From Lachnospiraceae bacterium (GTDB lineage Bacteria > Bacillota > Clostridia > Lachnospirales > Lachnospiraceae): a stretch of DNA of 64,000 nucleotides. Location: assembly GCA_051879675.1 (NCBI GenBank), contig JBJEML010000039.1, positions 672-64,671 of the forward strand, written 5' to 3'. The position numbers and the translations under genes were made by a program. This document shows, one piece after another, positions 36,225 through 46,712 of this stretch (position 1 is the first letter of the stretch; the number at the start of each line of letters is the position of its first letter). Under the pieces are notes generated by a model. The model had not been told where the DNA came from, searched no databases, and saw only the letters and a program-made list of their open reading frames with translations.

Positions 36225-38498
36225 TTATTTCACAACATCAATTTTAGTCAATTTCGCATTCAGGTTTTCCAGAAAGCCCTTCGGCAGCGAATCGCCGGCC
36301 ATCGTTGTCATTGCCTCCGGAGACATGGCTTTCATCATATCCCACATACCCTCACCGGGTGACATCTTGAAGTTTGTGGCGAGGAAAACAGCTTCAGAGA
36401 CAACATCCAGTGCTTCTTTAGATTTGGCAAGCTGCTCCATCGTGTAGCGGATGTTGTATTTTCCTTCCGGAAATTCCATCGGAGCATTCAGATCCAGATC
36501 ACCCGCCAGTTTGAACCAGTTGGCGACACCGTCCATGCGTTCCTGATACTCCGGCAGAACATAGATTGCCGGTTCTTCCTTTACCTTCTCCAGAGTCATG
36601 GAATCTTTGACAACTCCCGCATCAGCGATGATTGTGTGTATCCCTTCATCCAGAGATAGATCGAATATGCAGATATGGTCACATACTTCTTTTTCTGCTG
36701 TGCGCTGTCCGTCCACAAAAAGAACGACGGAAGGCTGGTTGGAGTACACTTTGACAGTGATCGTGTCCCCGGCGCGTTTGGAATAACGTTTTCCGGCGAT
36801 ATGCACCATCGGCGTCTTGCTCCAGTAAGCCTGATAGATATAGTAGCTGTCTTTTTTTGTCTTTCGGTCCATGGTGACGAGTCCCTTGTTGTTGCGTCCT
36901 TTTACGCCGCCTTCGTCGCGCGCGGCGCATCCGAAATCAAACATATTCCACACGTGGCTCGACCAGATCCACGGACGCTCGTCAAGCACCTTCGCCATGT
37001 GTTCGTGATAAAGTGCCTGATAATCTTCAGAATAATCCTTACATTTGGGATCGCTGCTGTGGTAGGTGATGATACCTTCGCAGCCGTATTCCGACAGACC
37101 GAGACAGATATCCGGGTGTTCGGCGTGGAATTTGTCCAGCCAGACCTCATTGTCTTCCATACGACCTCCATACCAGCCGAAATAGTGATTGTAACTTTCC
37201 GTGTCGGTTATGTGATGCATCGGACCGTCTGTCGGTGTCATGGACACATGCGCGATCGCGGTCAGACGGGTAGGATCCAATTCTTTTGCGATCCGATTCA
37301 ATTCATGATGATTTTCTACCAGTTTTTCAGAGATACCGCCGATCAGTATCTCGTTGGATATACCCCAGAAGCAGATGCTCGGATGATTGTAGTTCTGGAT
37401 GATCAGCTCCTTCAGCTGGCTGATGCAGTTTTCGTGTGCTTCCGGGTCTTTGTTAAATACGGAGATAAAGGGGATCTCTGCCCAGACGATAAAACCGAGC
37501 TCATCGCACGCGTCATAGAAATCCTGTGAGTGTTGGTAGTGCGCGAGACGGATCGTATTCGCACCGAGCTCCTTGATGAGCGCAGCATCCAGACGATGAT
37601 CCTCCTTTGAAAGCGCGTTACCCTTGTAGAGCATGTCCTGATGGCGGGAAACACCGCGCAGAGGAGTCGGTGTACCGTTGATGATAAAACCTTTTTCAGG
37701 ATCAACGGAAAAACTGCGGACGCCTGTGCGCACACAGATCTCGTCATATGCTTCGTTGCGCCGCTGTAAGAGGGCCGTGACCGTGTACAGGTACGGGGCA
37801 TCTATTTCCCACTTGACAGCATCGGGCACATAGATCGTCGTTTTTGCCTCGTCTGCAGGACAGCAGGCGTAGCCGACCTCTTTGCCATCCGCGTCGCTGA
37901 TCTGATAGAGTACGGTAAAGTTTTCGTCTGCATTTTTCACAAATGCTTCCACTTCAAACTTTGCACCGCCATCGTCGCAGGGGGTCGGGGTGACCATGAT
38001 TCCGGGACCGCCGTAACAGGTCAGATCAAAGTGCGTATGGGGCACACTGATCAGATTGACACCGCGGTAGAGACCGCCGTAAAAAGTAAAGTCTGCGGAC
38101 TGCGGGTAAACGCTGTCTTTATATTCGTTACTGCATTGAATGGCGAGCAGATTTTCGCCGTCATCCTTGCAAAGATCGGTGATATCCGCGCGAAAAGCAG
38201 AGTATCCGCCCTCGTGATAAATGGCTTTTTTTCCATTGACATAGACGGTTGCCTGCTGACCGGCAGCGGGAATATCGATAAACGTGCGGCCGCCCGCAAG
38301 TGGCTGCTCCGGTGTGGTAAAAGTGCGCACATACCAGTAGCTGCCACGGTCGTAGCCGCCGTTTCCGTCATGACCATCCACGCCATTCCATGTGTGAGGG
38401 AGCCTGACAGTTTCACCGTCTGTGGGGAGTGCCTGTGGCAAGTCCGTATTCTTGTGTATGAATTTCCAGCCTTCATTGAGATGAATGATCGTTCGCAT
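36225..38498 (-). CDS. GH2 glycoside hydrolase, probable beta-glucuronidase
   Basis: GVSRHQD, IRLAHY, acid/base WGISNE, nucleophile SEYG, YFGWY and the NNKG (NxKG GUS) motif. Start ATG 38498 after an aggagg RBS. Neighbours are a GPH permease and uxuA. Confidence 0.85.
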   Translation of the reverse strand: MRTIIHLNEGWKFIHKNTDLPQALPTDGETVRLPHTWNGVDGHDGNGGYDRGSYWYVRTFTTPEQPLAGGRTFIDIPAAGQQATVYVNGKKAIYHEGGYSAFRADITDLCKDDGENLLAIQCSNEYKDSVYPQSADFTFYGGLYRGVNLISVPHTHFDLTCYGGPGIMVTPTPCDDGGAKFEVEAFVKNADENFTVLYQISDADGKEVGYACCPADEAKTTIYVPDAVKWEIDAPYLYTVTALLQRRNEAYDEICVRTGVRSFSVDPEKGFIINGTPTPLRGVSRHQDMLYKGNALSKEDHRLDAALIKELGANTIRLAHYQHSQDFYDACDELGFIVWAEIPFISVFNKDPEAHENCISQLKELIIQNYNHPSICFWGISNEILIGGISEKLVENHHELNRIAKELDPTRLTAIAHVSMTPTDGPMHHITDTESYNHYFGWYGGRMEDNEVWLDKFHAEHPDICLGLSEYGCEGIITYHSSDPKCKDYSEDYQALYHEHMAKVLDERPWIWSSHVWNMFDFGCAARDEGGVKGRNNKGLVTMDRKTKKDSYYIYQAYWSKTPMVHIAGKRYSKRAGDTITVKVYSNQPSVVLFVDGQRTAEKEVCDHICIFDLSLDEGIHTIIADAGVVKDSMTLEKVKEEPAIYVLPEYQERMDGVANWFKLAGDLDLNAPMEFPEGKYNIRYTMEQLAKSKEALDVVSEAVFLATNFKMSPGEGMWDMMKAMSPEAMTTMAGDSLPKGFLENLNAKLTKIDVVK

Positions 38499-38641
38499 AA
38501 GTGCCTCCTGAGTGTTTAATATCCTGAATATAGTTGTCTGCAAAAAGGAAATATTTATGTATTCCTTTGACCGCATAGCTGACCATTTCCTGTGCATACT
38601 ATCTTACAAAAAATGCAATTGCATTTGCAAGGAGTAGAATA

Positions 38642-40024
38642 ATGGAAAATGGCAGTAAACCTTTTGGAATAAAGGATAAGATCGGTTATATGTTTGGCGA
38701 TTTCGGCAATGATTTTACTTTTATATTGTCGAGCATGATACTGATGAAATTTTACTCGGATGTGATGGGTGTCTCCGTCGGACTGGTCGGTATCATGATG
38801 ATGGCGGCGCGCTTTGTAGATGCGTTCACGGATGTCACGATGGGTCAGATCGTAGACCGGAGCAGATCACTGCGGCGCGGAAAATTTCTTCCGTGGATCA
38901 GACGTATGTGCGGACCGGTTGCGATCGCGTCGTTTCTGATGTATGCATCCTGGTTTGCAAACATGTCGATGGGATTTAAGATATTCTGGATGTTTTTTTC
39001 CTATCTGCTGTGGGGCAGTATTTTTTATACAAGCATCAATATTCCATATGGTTCGATGGCATCTGCAATATCCGCAGAGCCGAAGGATCGTGCACAGCTA
39101 TCCAACTTCCGGACGATCGGTGCAACGCTTGCGAGCACGGTCATAGGCGTTGTGCTCCCGGTGCTGGTGTTCTATCAGGATGAGGCGGGCAATCAGGTAC
39201 TTTCAGGAACGCGGACAAGCATTGCGGCGGCTGTCTGCTCTGTCGGTGCAGTGATCTGTTATATGCTCTGTTACTATATGTGCACCGAGCGCGTGAAAGT
39301 GTCGCAAAAGACAGAGCAGTTTCGACTGGGTGATCTGCTGAGAGGACTGGTGACAAACCGTGCGCTGGTCGGTATCGTTGTCTGCTCCGTACTCATGCTG
39401 CTGGTGCAGCTGACGATGCAGGGTATGACGACGTATGTGTATCCGAATTATTTTAAAAATGTGGCAGCGCAGTCGGCATCCGGTCTGGTAGGACTGATTG
39501 TGACGTTGATACTGGCCACATTCGTTGTACGCGTCCAGATGCGTTTCGGCAGAAAGGAGCTTGCGATTGCAGGTTCCTTTTTCGGGGCTGTCGTTTTTGC
39601 ATTTACCTACTTTACGCATACGCATAACGCATGGCTGTTTGTCATTCTTTCCGCGCTGGCATATGTGGGGCTGGCGGCATTTTCGTTGATCTGTTGGGCG
39701 ATGATCACGGACGTGATCGATGATACGGAGGTGCAGACGGGAGAGCGGTCGGACGGTACGATCTATTCCGTATACTCCTTTGCCAGAAAACTCGGACAGG
39801 CAGCAGCTTCCGGCGTGACCGGCGGACTGCTGACGCTGATCGGCTATTCGAACGCCACGCAGTTTGATCCGGATGTGACGGAGGGCATCTTTATGCTGAG
39901 TACGCTCGTTCCTGCGATTGGATTTCTCATTCTCGGATTGGCACTGTTTTTCTTTTATCCTCTGAATAAAAAGCGGGTAGAGGACAATGCACGCATTTTG
40001 TCCGGTAGAAAAATAGATAAATGA
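38642..40024 (+). CDS. MFS glycoside-pentoside-hexuronide (GPH) cation symporter
   Basis: GYMFGDFGN, ARFVDAFTD, NIPYGSM and TDVID...RSDG motifs; about 12 TM segments. Confidence 0.9.
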   Translation: MENGSKPFGIKDKIGYMFGDFGNDFTFILSSMILMKFYSDVMGVSVGLVGIMMMAARFVDAFTDVTMGQIVDRSRSLRRGKFLPWIRRMCGPVAIASFLMYASWFANMSMGFKIFWMFFSYLLWGSIFYTSINIPYGSMASAISAEPKDRAQLSNFRTIGATLASTVIGVVLPVLVFYQDEAGNQVLSGTRTSIAAAVCSVGAVICYMLCYYMCTERVKVSQKTEQFRLGDLLRGLVTNRALVGIVVCSVLMLLVQLTMQGMTTYVYPNYFKNVAAQSASGLVGLIVTLILATFVVRVQMRFGRKELAIAGSFFGAVVFAFTYFTHTHNAWLFVILSALAYVGLAAFSLICWAMITDVIDDTEVQTGERSDGTIYSVYSFARKLGQAAASGVTGGLLTLIGYSNATQFDPDVTEGIFMLSTLVPAIGFLILGLALFFFYPLNKKRVEDNARILSGRKIDK

Positions 40025-40025
40025 A

Positions 40026-40103
40026 TTGACTAATCTTGCAGAGTATGTGATAATTGACATGTTAGTTGAGAATAAAATGTGTTGGTTGGTAAATGTTAGT
40101 TGA
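40026..40103 (+). promoter_or_regulatory. uxuA promoter with repeated TGTTRGTTG motifs
   Basis: TTGACT(40026)-17 bp-GATAAT(40049). ATGTTAGTTGA occurs at 40059 and 40093, and GTGTTGGTTGG at 40079. Confidence 0.5.
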
Positions 40104-40130
40104 TGAATCTTTATTAAGGAGGCGCATTTT

Positions 40131-41201
40131 ATGCAAATGACATTTCGCTGGTATGGCGAAGGCAATGACAGCATTACCCAGGAACAGATCAAGCAGATCC
40201 CCGGCGTGACAGGGCTTGTCTGGGCGCTTCATGACAAGCAGCCCGGAGAGGTTTGGGAGATTGACGAAATTGAAGAAGCGCGTCGTCAGATTGAGGAATA
40301 CGGCTTCAATATGGAGGTCGTTGAGTCCGTCAATGTACATGATGATATCAAGGTTGGTCTGCCCAGCAGAGATCAGTACATTGAGAATTATAAGCAGACG
40401 TTGCGAAATCTTGCAAAATTCGGTGTAAAGGTCGTGACATATAATTTTATGCCGATCTTTGACTGGACGAGAACCGATCTGTTTCATCCGATGGGAGATG
40501 GTTCTACCGCTCTCTTTTATGAAAAAGCAAAGATCCAGCAGGATTACAAGGAGATGGCAAAATACATCTTAGATAACCTGAACGGATTGACTTTCCCCGG
40601 CTGGGAGCCTGAGCGTATGGCAAAGCTGGACGAGTTGTTTGAGATGTACCGTCCTGTGACAAAGGAGAAACTGTGGGAGAACCTGCAGTATTTCTTGGAG
40701 GCACTCATGCCTGTTTGTCATGAGACCGGCATCAAGATGGCGATCCACCCGGATGATCCGCCGTGGGATATCTTCGGACTGCCGAGACTTCTTGTGGATA
40801 AGGAATCCATCGGTCGTTTCTTAAAGATGGTGGATGATCCCTACAACTGCCTGTGTCTGTGTTCCGGTTCGCTGGGCGCAAACAAGGACAATGATGTGCC
40901 GGATATCATCCGCACCTATTGCGATCGTATCGCGTTTGCTCACATCCGGAACGTGAAGCATTTTGACAACGGTGACTTTACCGAGGCTTCACACAGAGAC
41001 TGTGATGGTGATACACAGATCCTCGAGATCATGCGTGCATATCATGACTGTGGTTTTGACGGATATATCCGTCCGGATCATGGCCGTCATATCTGGGGAG
41101 AGCAGTGTCGTCCCGGTTATGGACTTTATGATCGTGCCCTCGGTATTATGTACATGTGGGGCTGCTGGGATATGCTGGAAAGAGAAGCAGGCAATATTTA
41201 A
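40131..41201 (+). CDS. uxuA: Mannonate dehydratase
   Basis: MTFRWYG, VESVNVHDDIK, YNFMPIFDWTRT, AIHPDDPP, RPDHGR and PGYGLYDRALG motifs. Confidence 0.97.
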   Translation: MQMTFRWYGEGNDSITQEQIKQIPGVTGLVWALHDKQPGEVWEIDEIEEARRQIEEYGFNMEVVESVNVHDDIKVGLPSRDQYIENYKQTLRNLAKFGVKVVTYNFMPIFDWTRTDLFHPMGDGSTALFYEKAKIQQDYKEMAKYILDNLNGLTFPGWEPERMAKLDELFEMYRPVTKEKLWENLQYFLEALMPVCHETGIKMAIHPDDPPWDIFGLPRLLVDKESIGRFLKMVDDPYNCLCLCSGSLGANKDNDVPDIIRTYCDRIAFAHIRNVKHFDNGDFTEASHRDCDGDTQILEIMRAYHDCGFDGYIRPDHGRHIWGEQCRPGYGLYDRALGIMYMWGCWDMLEREAGNI

Positions 41202-41210
41202 CAGTAATTT

Positions 41211-41249
41211 AAAACACCCGATCGTGTAAGTGCATGACCGGGTGTTTTT
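41211..41249. terminator. Bidirectional intrinsic terminator
   Basis: aaaacacccgatc...gaccgggtgttttt between convergent genes. Confidence 0.8.
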
Positions 41250-41288
41250 CTGTCATAGTCGGGACAAGCGCGTCCTATATGAAAAATG

Positions 41289-42059
41289 TTATGGGTCGAG
41301 TTTGAATACCGGGTCGGCAGGATAGCCGCCGGCACATTTCTGCATCGCGCGCTGGATGGAATCCCGCGACTGTCCCCAGTCTTTATCCTTATTGCGATAA
41401 TCATTTTTTTCCACGAACCATGCCACATCCTTCTGCACGCGTTCCATATTCTCATGCATCATTGCAAAGATCTGCGGGTACAATTCCTTTTTTTGCGTAT
41501 CATTCAGACGCTTTTCTGCAGCTTCTACCAGATCGCCGAAATGCGGCAGGCAAAATCCTTTACTCTGCTTAAACAGCTCTTGAAATTCTGTATCCTTTTT
41601 CAGCATGTCGAAAAACACGTCCAGATATCGACCGTAGATCTCCTTGAAATGGTTGCAGACATAGCAGCTGTCTGTCTTTTTCTTCACCCAGCAGCCGATG
41701 GAAGTCTGCGGTGTGTCGTTACCGGACATATCCGTCTTCTTCATGCGGCTGAGCATGGAGGTCTTGCCGGGCGTAAAATCCTGCAGTTCCTTTGTGAGCT
41801 CTTCGTTCAGCTTTTTCATGTGCGTGCTCAAAATCCATGCGCTGCCCAGACGATTTCCATAATCATACATCATTTTATAGTGGTGTCTGCAAAAACCGGT
41901 CGCGTCAGTTTCCGCGCGGATGTCATCCTCCATGTAGGCAGAGCCTAAAATAAAAGAGATGGCGTGCTGCTCCGCAGAGCGCTCCAGATTGCAAAACGGG
42001 CACTCATCTCCGGCGCGGAAAGCTTCTGTCAGCGGAAAAGTGGCGATATTCTTGTTCAT
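41289..42059 (-). CDS. DUF6062-like protein with duplicated Cys/His motifs
   Basis: ECPFC...GFCRHH and CYVC...GFCLPH repeated halves. Confidence 0.75.
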   Translation of the reverse strand: MNKNIATFPLTEAFRAGDECPFCNLERSAEQHAISFILGSAYMEDDIRAETDATGFCRHHYKMMYDYGNRLGSAWILSTHMKKLNEELTKELQDFTPGKTSMLSRMKKTDMSGNDTPQTSIGCWVKKKTDSCYVCNHFKEIYGRYLDVFFDMLKKDTEFQELFKQSKGFCLPHFGDLVEAAEKRLNDTQKKELYPQIFAMMHENMERVQKDVAWFVEKNDYRNKDKDWGQSRDSIQRAMQKCAGGYPADPVFKLDP

Positions 42060-42114
42060 GGCAAATCTCCTTCTACTTCATTATTTGTGCTGCAGTTGTG
42101 ATCGCGCAGAAACA

Positions 42115-42924
42115 CTACTCCGGCAGGGGTAGAAAAAGAGGCTGTCTCTTTTTAAATACCGTGTAGTGTGTAAACCCGGCTTCCCGCAGGATGGCAGGTA
42201 CTTTCTTGAAATCATAGGCCACGTGTTTCGGCTCGTGTGCATCGGAGCCGATCGTGATGATCTCACCGCCGAAAGAGCGGTAGTGTTTTAAAATATCCTC
42301 GCATGGATTCGGGTGTCCGAGCCCGTATTTGAAACCGCCGGTATTGATCTCGATGCCTTTGCCCATGTCAATGAGTTTCTTTAAAATGGCATCAAGTACG
42401 TCCGCATATGCATTATACGAATAAAATCTGTTTGTGTTCGGACCGTAGCGCACGACATAGTCGATGTGTCCGTACACGTCAAAATCCGAAAATTCCTTCA
42501 GATTTTCGAGAATTGATTCAAAATAGCGCCGGTATGCTTCGTGCTCCTCGCGTCCCGCAAAGAATGTCTTATAATAAGGATCCTGACCGTCGATCACATG
42601 GGAAGAACAGATGACTTGATCATAGTCGTGGGTGCAGACGACCTCATGAAGCTTCTTGTGAAGGTGTGGCTGGACACCGGTTTCGATACCGTGCAGGACG
42701 GGAAAAATGTCCTTGTATTTATCGGACAGGGCGTGGCCTGACAGCTCATAAGCTTCCGTATCCAGAACAAACAGATCCGGAGGATCGGACGGAAAGTCAT
42801 AATCCAGATGGTCGGTAAAGCAGATGCCGTCGAGCCCGGCAGCTCGTGCGGCTTTTATCATGTCTTCAGGGTCAGCCTCGCTGTCGCCGGAAAACCGGCA
42901 GTGCATATGTGTATCCCACAGCAT
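42115..42924 (-). CDS. PHP-family histidinol-phosphatase (HisJ-like)
   Basis: DTHMH, FTDH, GIE, SSH, GHIDY and GSDAH motifs. Confidence 0.88.
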   Translation of the reverse strand: MLWDTHMHCRFSGDSEADPEDMIKAARAAGLDGICFTDHLDYDFPSDPPDLFVLDTEAYELSGHALSDKYKDIFPVLHGIETGVQPHLHKKLHEVVCTHDYDQVICSSHVIDGQDPYYKTFFAGREEHEAYRRYFESILENLKEFSDFDVYGHIDYVVRYGPNTNRFYSYNAYADVLDAILKKLIDMGKGIEINTGGFKYGLGHPNPCEDILKHYRSFGGEIITIGSDAHEPKHVAYDFKKVPAILREAGFTHYTVFKKRQPLFLPLPE

Positions 42925-43066
42925 TTCTTTATCTCCTTTGGTGTTTCACAACTGTTTTGTACCTTGCAGTTGCTATATTTCCTCTTTATTGTGTAAAGTT
43001 TTGCACAAAATGTCAAGTAATAGAAGATGCACATAGATAAAAATTTAACAAACTATGAATAGGGGG

Positions 43067-43095
43067 TTGAATTTTTGTTTATTATTTAGTACAAT
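43067..43095 (+). promoter_or_regulatory. sigma70 promoter of gap
   Basis: TTGAAT-17 bp-TACAAT upstream of gap. Confidence 0.6.
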
Positions 43096-43160
43096 GACAA
43101 CAGATTGGGCATGTCCCATTTGCAAAAACAACATTATCAATTTCTTAGGAGGAATTCAAA

Positions 43161-44162
43161 ATGGCAGTAAGAGTAGCAATCAATGGTTTTGGCCGTATCG
43201 GTCGTCTTGCTTTCAGACAGATGTTCGGAGCAGAGGGTTATGAAGTAGTAGCAATCAACGACTTAACAAGCCCTAAGATGTTAGCACATCTGTTAAAGTA
43301 TGATTCATCACAGGGTAAGTACGCATTAGCTGATACCGTTTCTGCAGGCGATGATTCCATCACTGTAAACGGACAGACAATCAAGATCTACGCATTCCCC
43401 GATGCAAACAACTGCCCTTGGGGTGAGTTAAAGGTAGACGTAGTATTAGAGTGCTCTGGTTTCTACACCAGCAAAGAGAAGGCTCAGGCTCACATCAATG
43501 CCGGCGCTCGTAAGGTTGTTATCTCTGCACCTGCAGGAAACGATCTTCCTACTATCGTATACAATGTAAACCACACAACATTAAAGCCTGAGGATACCAT
43601 CATTTCCGCAGCTTCTTGTACAACAAACTGCTTAGCACCTATGGCTAAGGCTCTGAACGATCTGGCAGGCATCAAGTCCGGTATCATGAGCACCATCCAT
43701 GCTTACACCGGAGATCAGATGATCCTTGACGGACCTCAGAGAAAGGGTGATTTAAGAAGATCACGCGCAGGCGCTGTAAACATCGTTCCCAACTCTACCG
43801 GAGCTGCTAAGGCAATCGGCTTAGTTATCCCTGAGTTAAACGGAAAGCTGATCGGATCTGCTCAGCGTGTTCCTACCCCTACCGGATCTACCACGATCTT
43901 AGTTGCAACTGTTGAGAAGTCTGTAACCAAGGAAGAGATCAATGCAGCAATGAAGGCAGCTTCTACCGAGTCCTTCGGCTACAATGAGGATGAGATCGTA
44001 TCTTCTGATATCGTAGGAAGCACCTATGGTTCTATCTTCGATGCAACCCAGACCATGGTTGGCGAGGACAACTTAGTTCAGGTTGTTTCATGGTATGACA
44101 ACGAGAACTCTTATACCTCTCAGATGGTTCGTACCATCAAGTACTTCTCTGAGTTAGCATAA
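43161..44162 (+). CDS. gap: Glyceraldehyde-3-phosphate dehydrogenase (type I)
   Basis: [17 protein letters not shown] and SWYDNE motifs. Confidence 0.99.
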   Translation: MAVRVAINGFGRIGRLAFRQMFGAEGYEVVAINDLTSPKMLAHLLKYDSSQGKYALADTVSAGDDSITVNGQTIKIYAFPDANNCPWGELKVDVVLECSGFYTSKEKAQAHINAGARKVVISAPAGNDLPTIVYNVNHTTLKPEDTIISAASCTTNCLAPMAKALNDLAGIKSGIMSTIHAYTGDQMILDGPQRKGDLRRSRAGAVNIVPNSTGAAKAIGLVIPELNGKLIGSAQRVPTPTGSTTILVATVEKSVTKEEINAAMKAASTESFGYNEDEIVSSDIVGSTYGSIFDATQTMVGEDNLVQVVSWYDNENSYTSQMVRTIKYFSELA

Positions 44163-44184
44163 GATTTCACGATCAAAACGACTC

Positions 44185-44221
44185 AAAAAGGGTCCGGTCA
44201 GTTTGGACCGGACTCTTTTTT
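44185..44221 (+). terminator. Terminator-like hairpin between gap and pgk
   Basis: aaaaagggtccggtc-agtttg-gaccggactctttttt. Confidence 0.75.
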
Positions 44222-44248
44222 ACATAAAAAATAATTGGAGGTTTAATC

Positions 44249-45472
44249 ATGGGATTAAATAAGAAATCCGTTGATGATATCAACGTAGCAGGCAAGCGCG
44301 TCCTTGTAAGATGCGACTTCAACGTACCTTTAAAGGATGGCAAGATCACAGACGAGACCCGTATTGTAGCAGCTCTTCCCACCATTCAGAAGTTATTGAA
44401 GGACGGAGGAAAGGTGATCCTTTGCTCACATCTTGGAAAAGTAAAGAATGGCCCCAATGAGGGTGAGTCATTAGCACCCGTTGCAGAGCGTCTGGCTGAG
44501 AAGCTGGGACAGCCTGTAAACTTCGTTGCAGACTATAATGTAACCGGAGAGGCAGCTACCGCAGCAGTTGCAGCCATGAAAGAGGGAGATGTTGTTTTAT
44601 TACAGAATACACGTTTCCGCGGCGCAGAGGAGACCAAGAACGGCGAGCAGTTCTCCAAGGAGCTGGCTGATCTGTGTGATGTTTATGTATGTGATGCATT
44701 CGGTTCTTCCCACAGAGCACATGCGTCTGTTGCAGGTGTAACGGATGTTGTACGTGCAAAGGGCGGCGAGTGTGCAGTCGGATATTTGATGCAGAAAGAG
44801 ATCGATTTCTTAGGAAATGCCGTAGAGAATCCGGTTCGTCCTTTCGTAGCAATTCTTGGTGGCGCAAAGGTAGCTGACAAGTTAAACGTGATCAACAACC
44901 TGATCGAGAAGTGTGATACACTGATCATCGGTGGTGGTATGGCATTTACCTTCTTAAAGGCAAAGGGATATGAGATCGGAAAGTCATTAGTAGATGACGA
45001 GAAGCTCGATTACTGCAAAGAAATGATGGAGAAGGCTGAGAAGGCCGGCAAGAAGCTGTTACTGCCGATCGATACCACCATCGCAGCAGATTTCCCGAAC
45101 CCGATCGACGCACCGATCGACGTTACCGTTGTAGATGCTGATAAGATCCCTGCAGATATGGAAGGTCTTGATATCGGAACCAAGACTGCTGAGCTGTATG
45201 CAGACGCAGTGAAATCCGCAAAGACCGTTGTATGGAACGGACCCATGGGTGTATTTGAGAACCCGACACTTGCAAAGGGAACCATCGCTGTTGCAAAGGC
45301 ACTGGCAGAGACCGACGCTACAACCATCATTGGTGGCGGCGATTCCGCAGCAGCAGTCAATCAGTTAGGCTTTGCAGATAAGATGAGCCACATTTCTACC
45401 GGTGGCGGTGCTTCCCTGGAGTTCTTAGAGGGCAAGTCACTTCCCGGAGTAGCAGCAGCTGATGATAAATGA
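44249..45472 (+). CDS. pgk: Phosphoglycerate kinase
   Basis: [31 protein letters not shown] and STGGGASLE motifs. Confidence 0.99.
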   Translation: MGLNKKSVDDINVAGKRVLVRCDFNVPLKDGKITDETRIVAALPTIQKLLKDGGKVILCSHLGKVKNGPNEGESLAPVAERLAEKLGQPVNFVADYNVTGEAATAAVAAMKEGDVVLLQNTRFRGAEETKNGEQFSKELADLCDVYVCDAFGSSHRAHASVAGVTDVVRAKGGECAVGYLMQKEIDFLGNAVENPVRPFVAILGGAKVADKLNVINNLIEKCDTLIIGGGMAFTFLKAKGYEIGKSLVDDEKLDYCKEMMEKAEKAGKKLLLPIDTTIAADFPNPIDAPIDVTVVDADKIPADMEGLDIGTKTAELYADAVKSAKTVVWNGPMGVFENPTLAKGTIAVAKALAETDATTIIGGGDSAAAVNQLGFADKMSHISTGGGASLEFLEGKSLPGVAAADDK

Positions 45473-45473
45473 C

Positions 45474-45660
45474 GTGATCAAGCGGATTGAGAATGGCGTG
45501 CTCACATGACGAACCATGCTTGCATGGGTGAGGAATGTGGAACGACATTTGAGGGCGCAACGCGCACGAGAAATTCGTAGAATTTCGAGTCGAGCCGCGC
45601 AGATCATACAGGGAGACTTAGCGAATCCGAGCCGCAGGCGACGGATGAGGTTAGTCGAGT
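45474..45660 (+). repeat. Multi-hairpin structured intergenic element between pgk and tpiA
   Basis: Three nested stem-loops: ccatgc-tt-gcatgg inside cacat/atgtg and aatg/catt; gaaattc-gta-gaatttc inside gcgc/gcgc; gcc-gca-ggc inside atccg/cggat and gact/agtc. Confidence 0.6.
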
Positions 45661-45701
45661 CGGATAAGTAGAGCTTTTGATTTTTTAAAGGAGATAATAA
45701 C

Positions 45702-46448
45702 ATGGCAAGACGTAAAATTGTAGCCGGAAACTGGAAGATGAACATGACTCCCAGTGAGGCAGTAAAATTATGTGCAGATTTAAGGGATTTGGTAAAGTCT
45801 GACAGCGTAGACGTTGTTTACTGTGTACCTGCAATCGACATCGTACCGGTCGTAGAGGCAGTAAAGGGTACAAACGTAGAGGTTGGTGCAGAGAATATGT
45901 ATTTTGAGGAGAAAGGTGCTTACACCGGAGAGATCTCAGCAGCAATGTTAGTTGATGCAGGTGTAAAATATGTCATCATCGGACATTCAGAGCGCCGTGA
46001 TTACTTCAAGGAGGATGACGCTTTACTGAACAAGAAAGTAAAGAAAGCATTCGAGGCAGGTCTTACCCCGATCCTTTGCTGCGGCGAGAGCTTAGAGCAG
46101 AGAGAGATGGGCGTTACCATGGACTGGATCCGTTTCCAGATCAAGTCTGATTTAGTTGGTATTACCGCTGATCAGGTAAAGAGCATGGTGATCGCATATG
46201 AGCCGATCTGGGCGATCGGAACCGGAAAGACCGCTACTACCGAGCAGGCACAGGAAGTGTGCAAGGGCATCCGTGACTGTATCGCAGAGATGTACGACGC
46301 AGCTACCGCAGAGGCAGTTCGCATCCAGTACGGCGGATCTGTAAATGCAGGCAACGCAGCAGAGCTGTTCGCACAGCCCGATATCGACGGCGGACTGGTT
46401 GGCGGCGCAAGCTTAAAGGCTGATTTTGGAAAGATCGTAAATTATTAA
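45702..46448 (+). CDS. tpiA: Triosephosphate isomerase
   Basis: [30 protein letters not shown] and LVGGASL motifs. Confidence 0.99.
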   Translation: MARRKIVAGNWKMNMTPSEAVKLCADLRDLVKSDSVDVVYCVPAIDIVPVVEAVKGTNVEVGAENMYFEEKGAYTGEISAAMLVDAGVKYVIIGHSERRDYFKEDDALLNKKVKKAFEAGLTPILCCGESLEQREMGVTMDWIRFQIKSDLVGITADQVKSMVIAYEPIWAIGTGKTATTEQAQEVCKGIRDCIAEMYDAATAEAVRIQYGGSVNAGNAAELFAQPDIDGGLVGGASLKADFGKIVNY

Positions 46449-46531
46449 AACTAAAGTTTTAATAATCATGAATTACTAATTTATTTAAAAAATTGTGCTG
46501 ATTTAACAAAGATAGCATATAGAATGCGAAG

Positions 46532-46579
46532 AAAACAGAGGATTTATTGGTGATTTCAACCAATCAATTCTCTGTTTTT
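46532..46579 (+). terminator. Probable terminator downstream of tpiA
   Basis: Hairpin aaaacagag...attgg/ccaat...ctctgttttt. Confidence 0.6.
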
Positions 46580-46712
46580 ATTATTTTGATGACATACGAT
46601 TGCCACTTTTTATTACCACTTCAAAAAAATTCGTTGCCACTTGAGTTGCAGGGACGTTTCTGCTGCCATGTGGAGCGCCGATGAATGAATGTTAAATTTT
46701 CAAAAATAGTAG

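Noticed and set aside
39203-40192. 329-aa minus-strand ORF
   Set aside because: Antisense to the well-supported GPH permease, with no motifs.
41286-41948. 220-aa plus-strand ORF
   Set aside because: Antisense to the Cys-motif protein, which has an RBS and repeated conserved-looking motifs.
42989-43008. Rex operator upstream of gap (TTGTG...CACAA)
   Set aside because: The palindrome spans 20 bp rather than the 18-bp Rex consensus and the inner bases mismatch.
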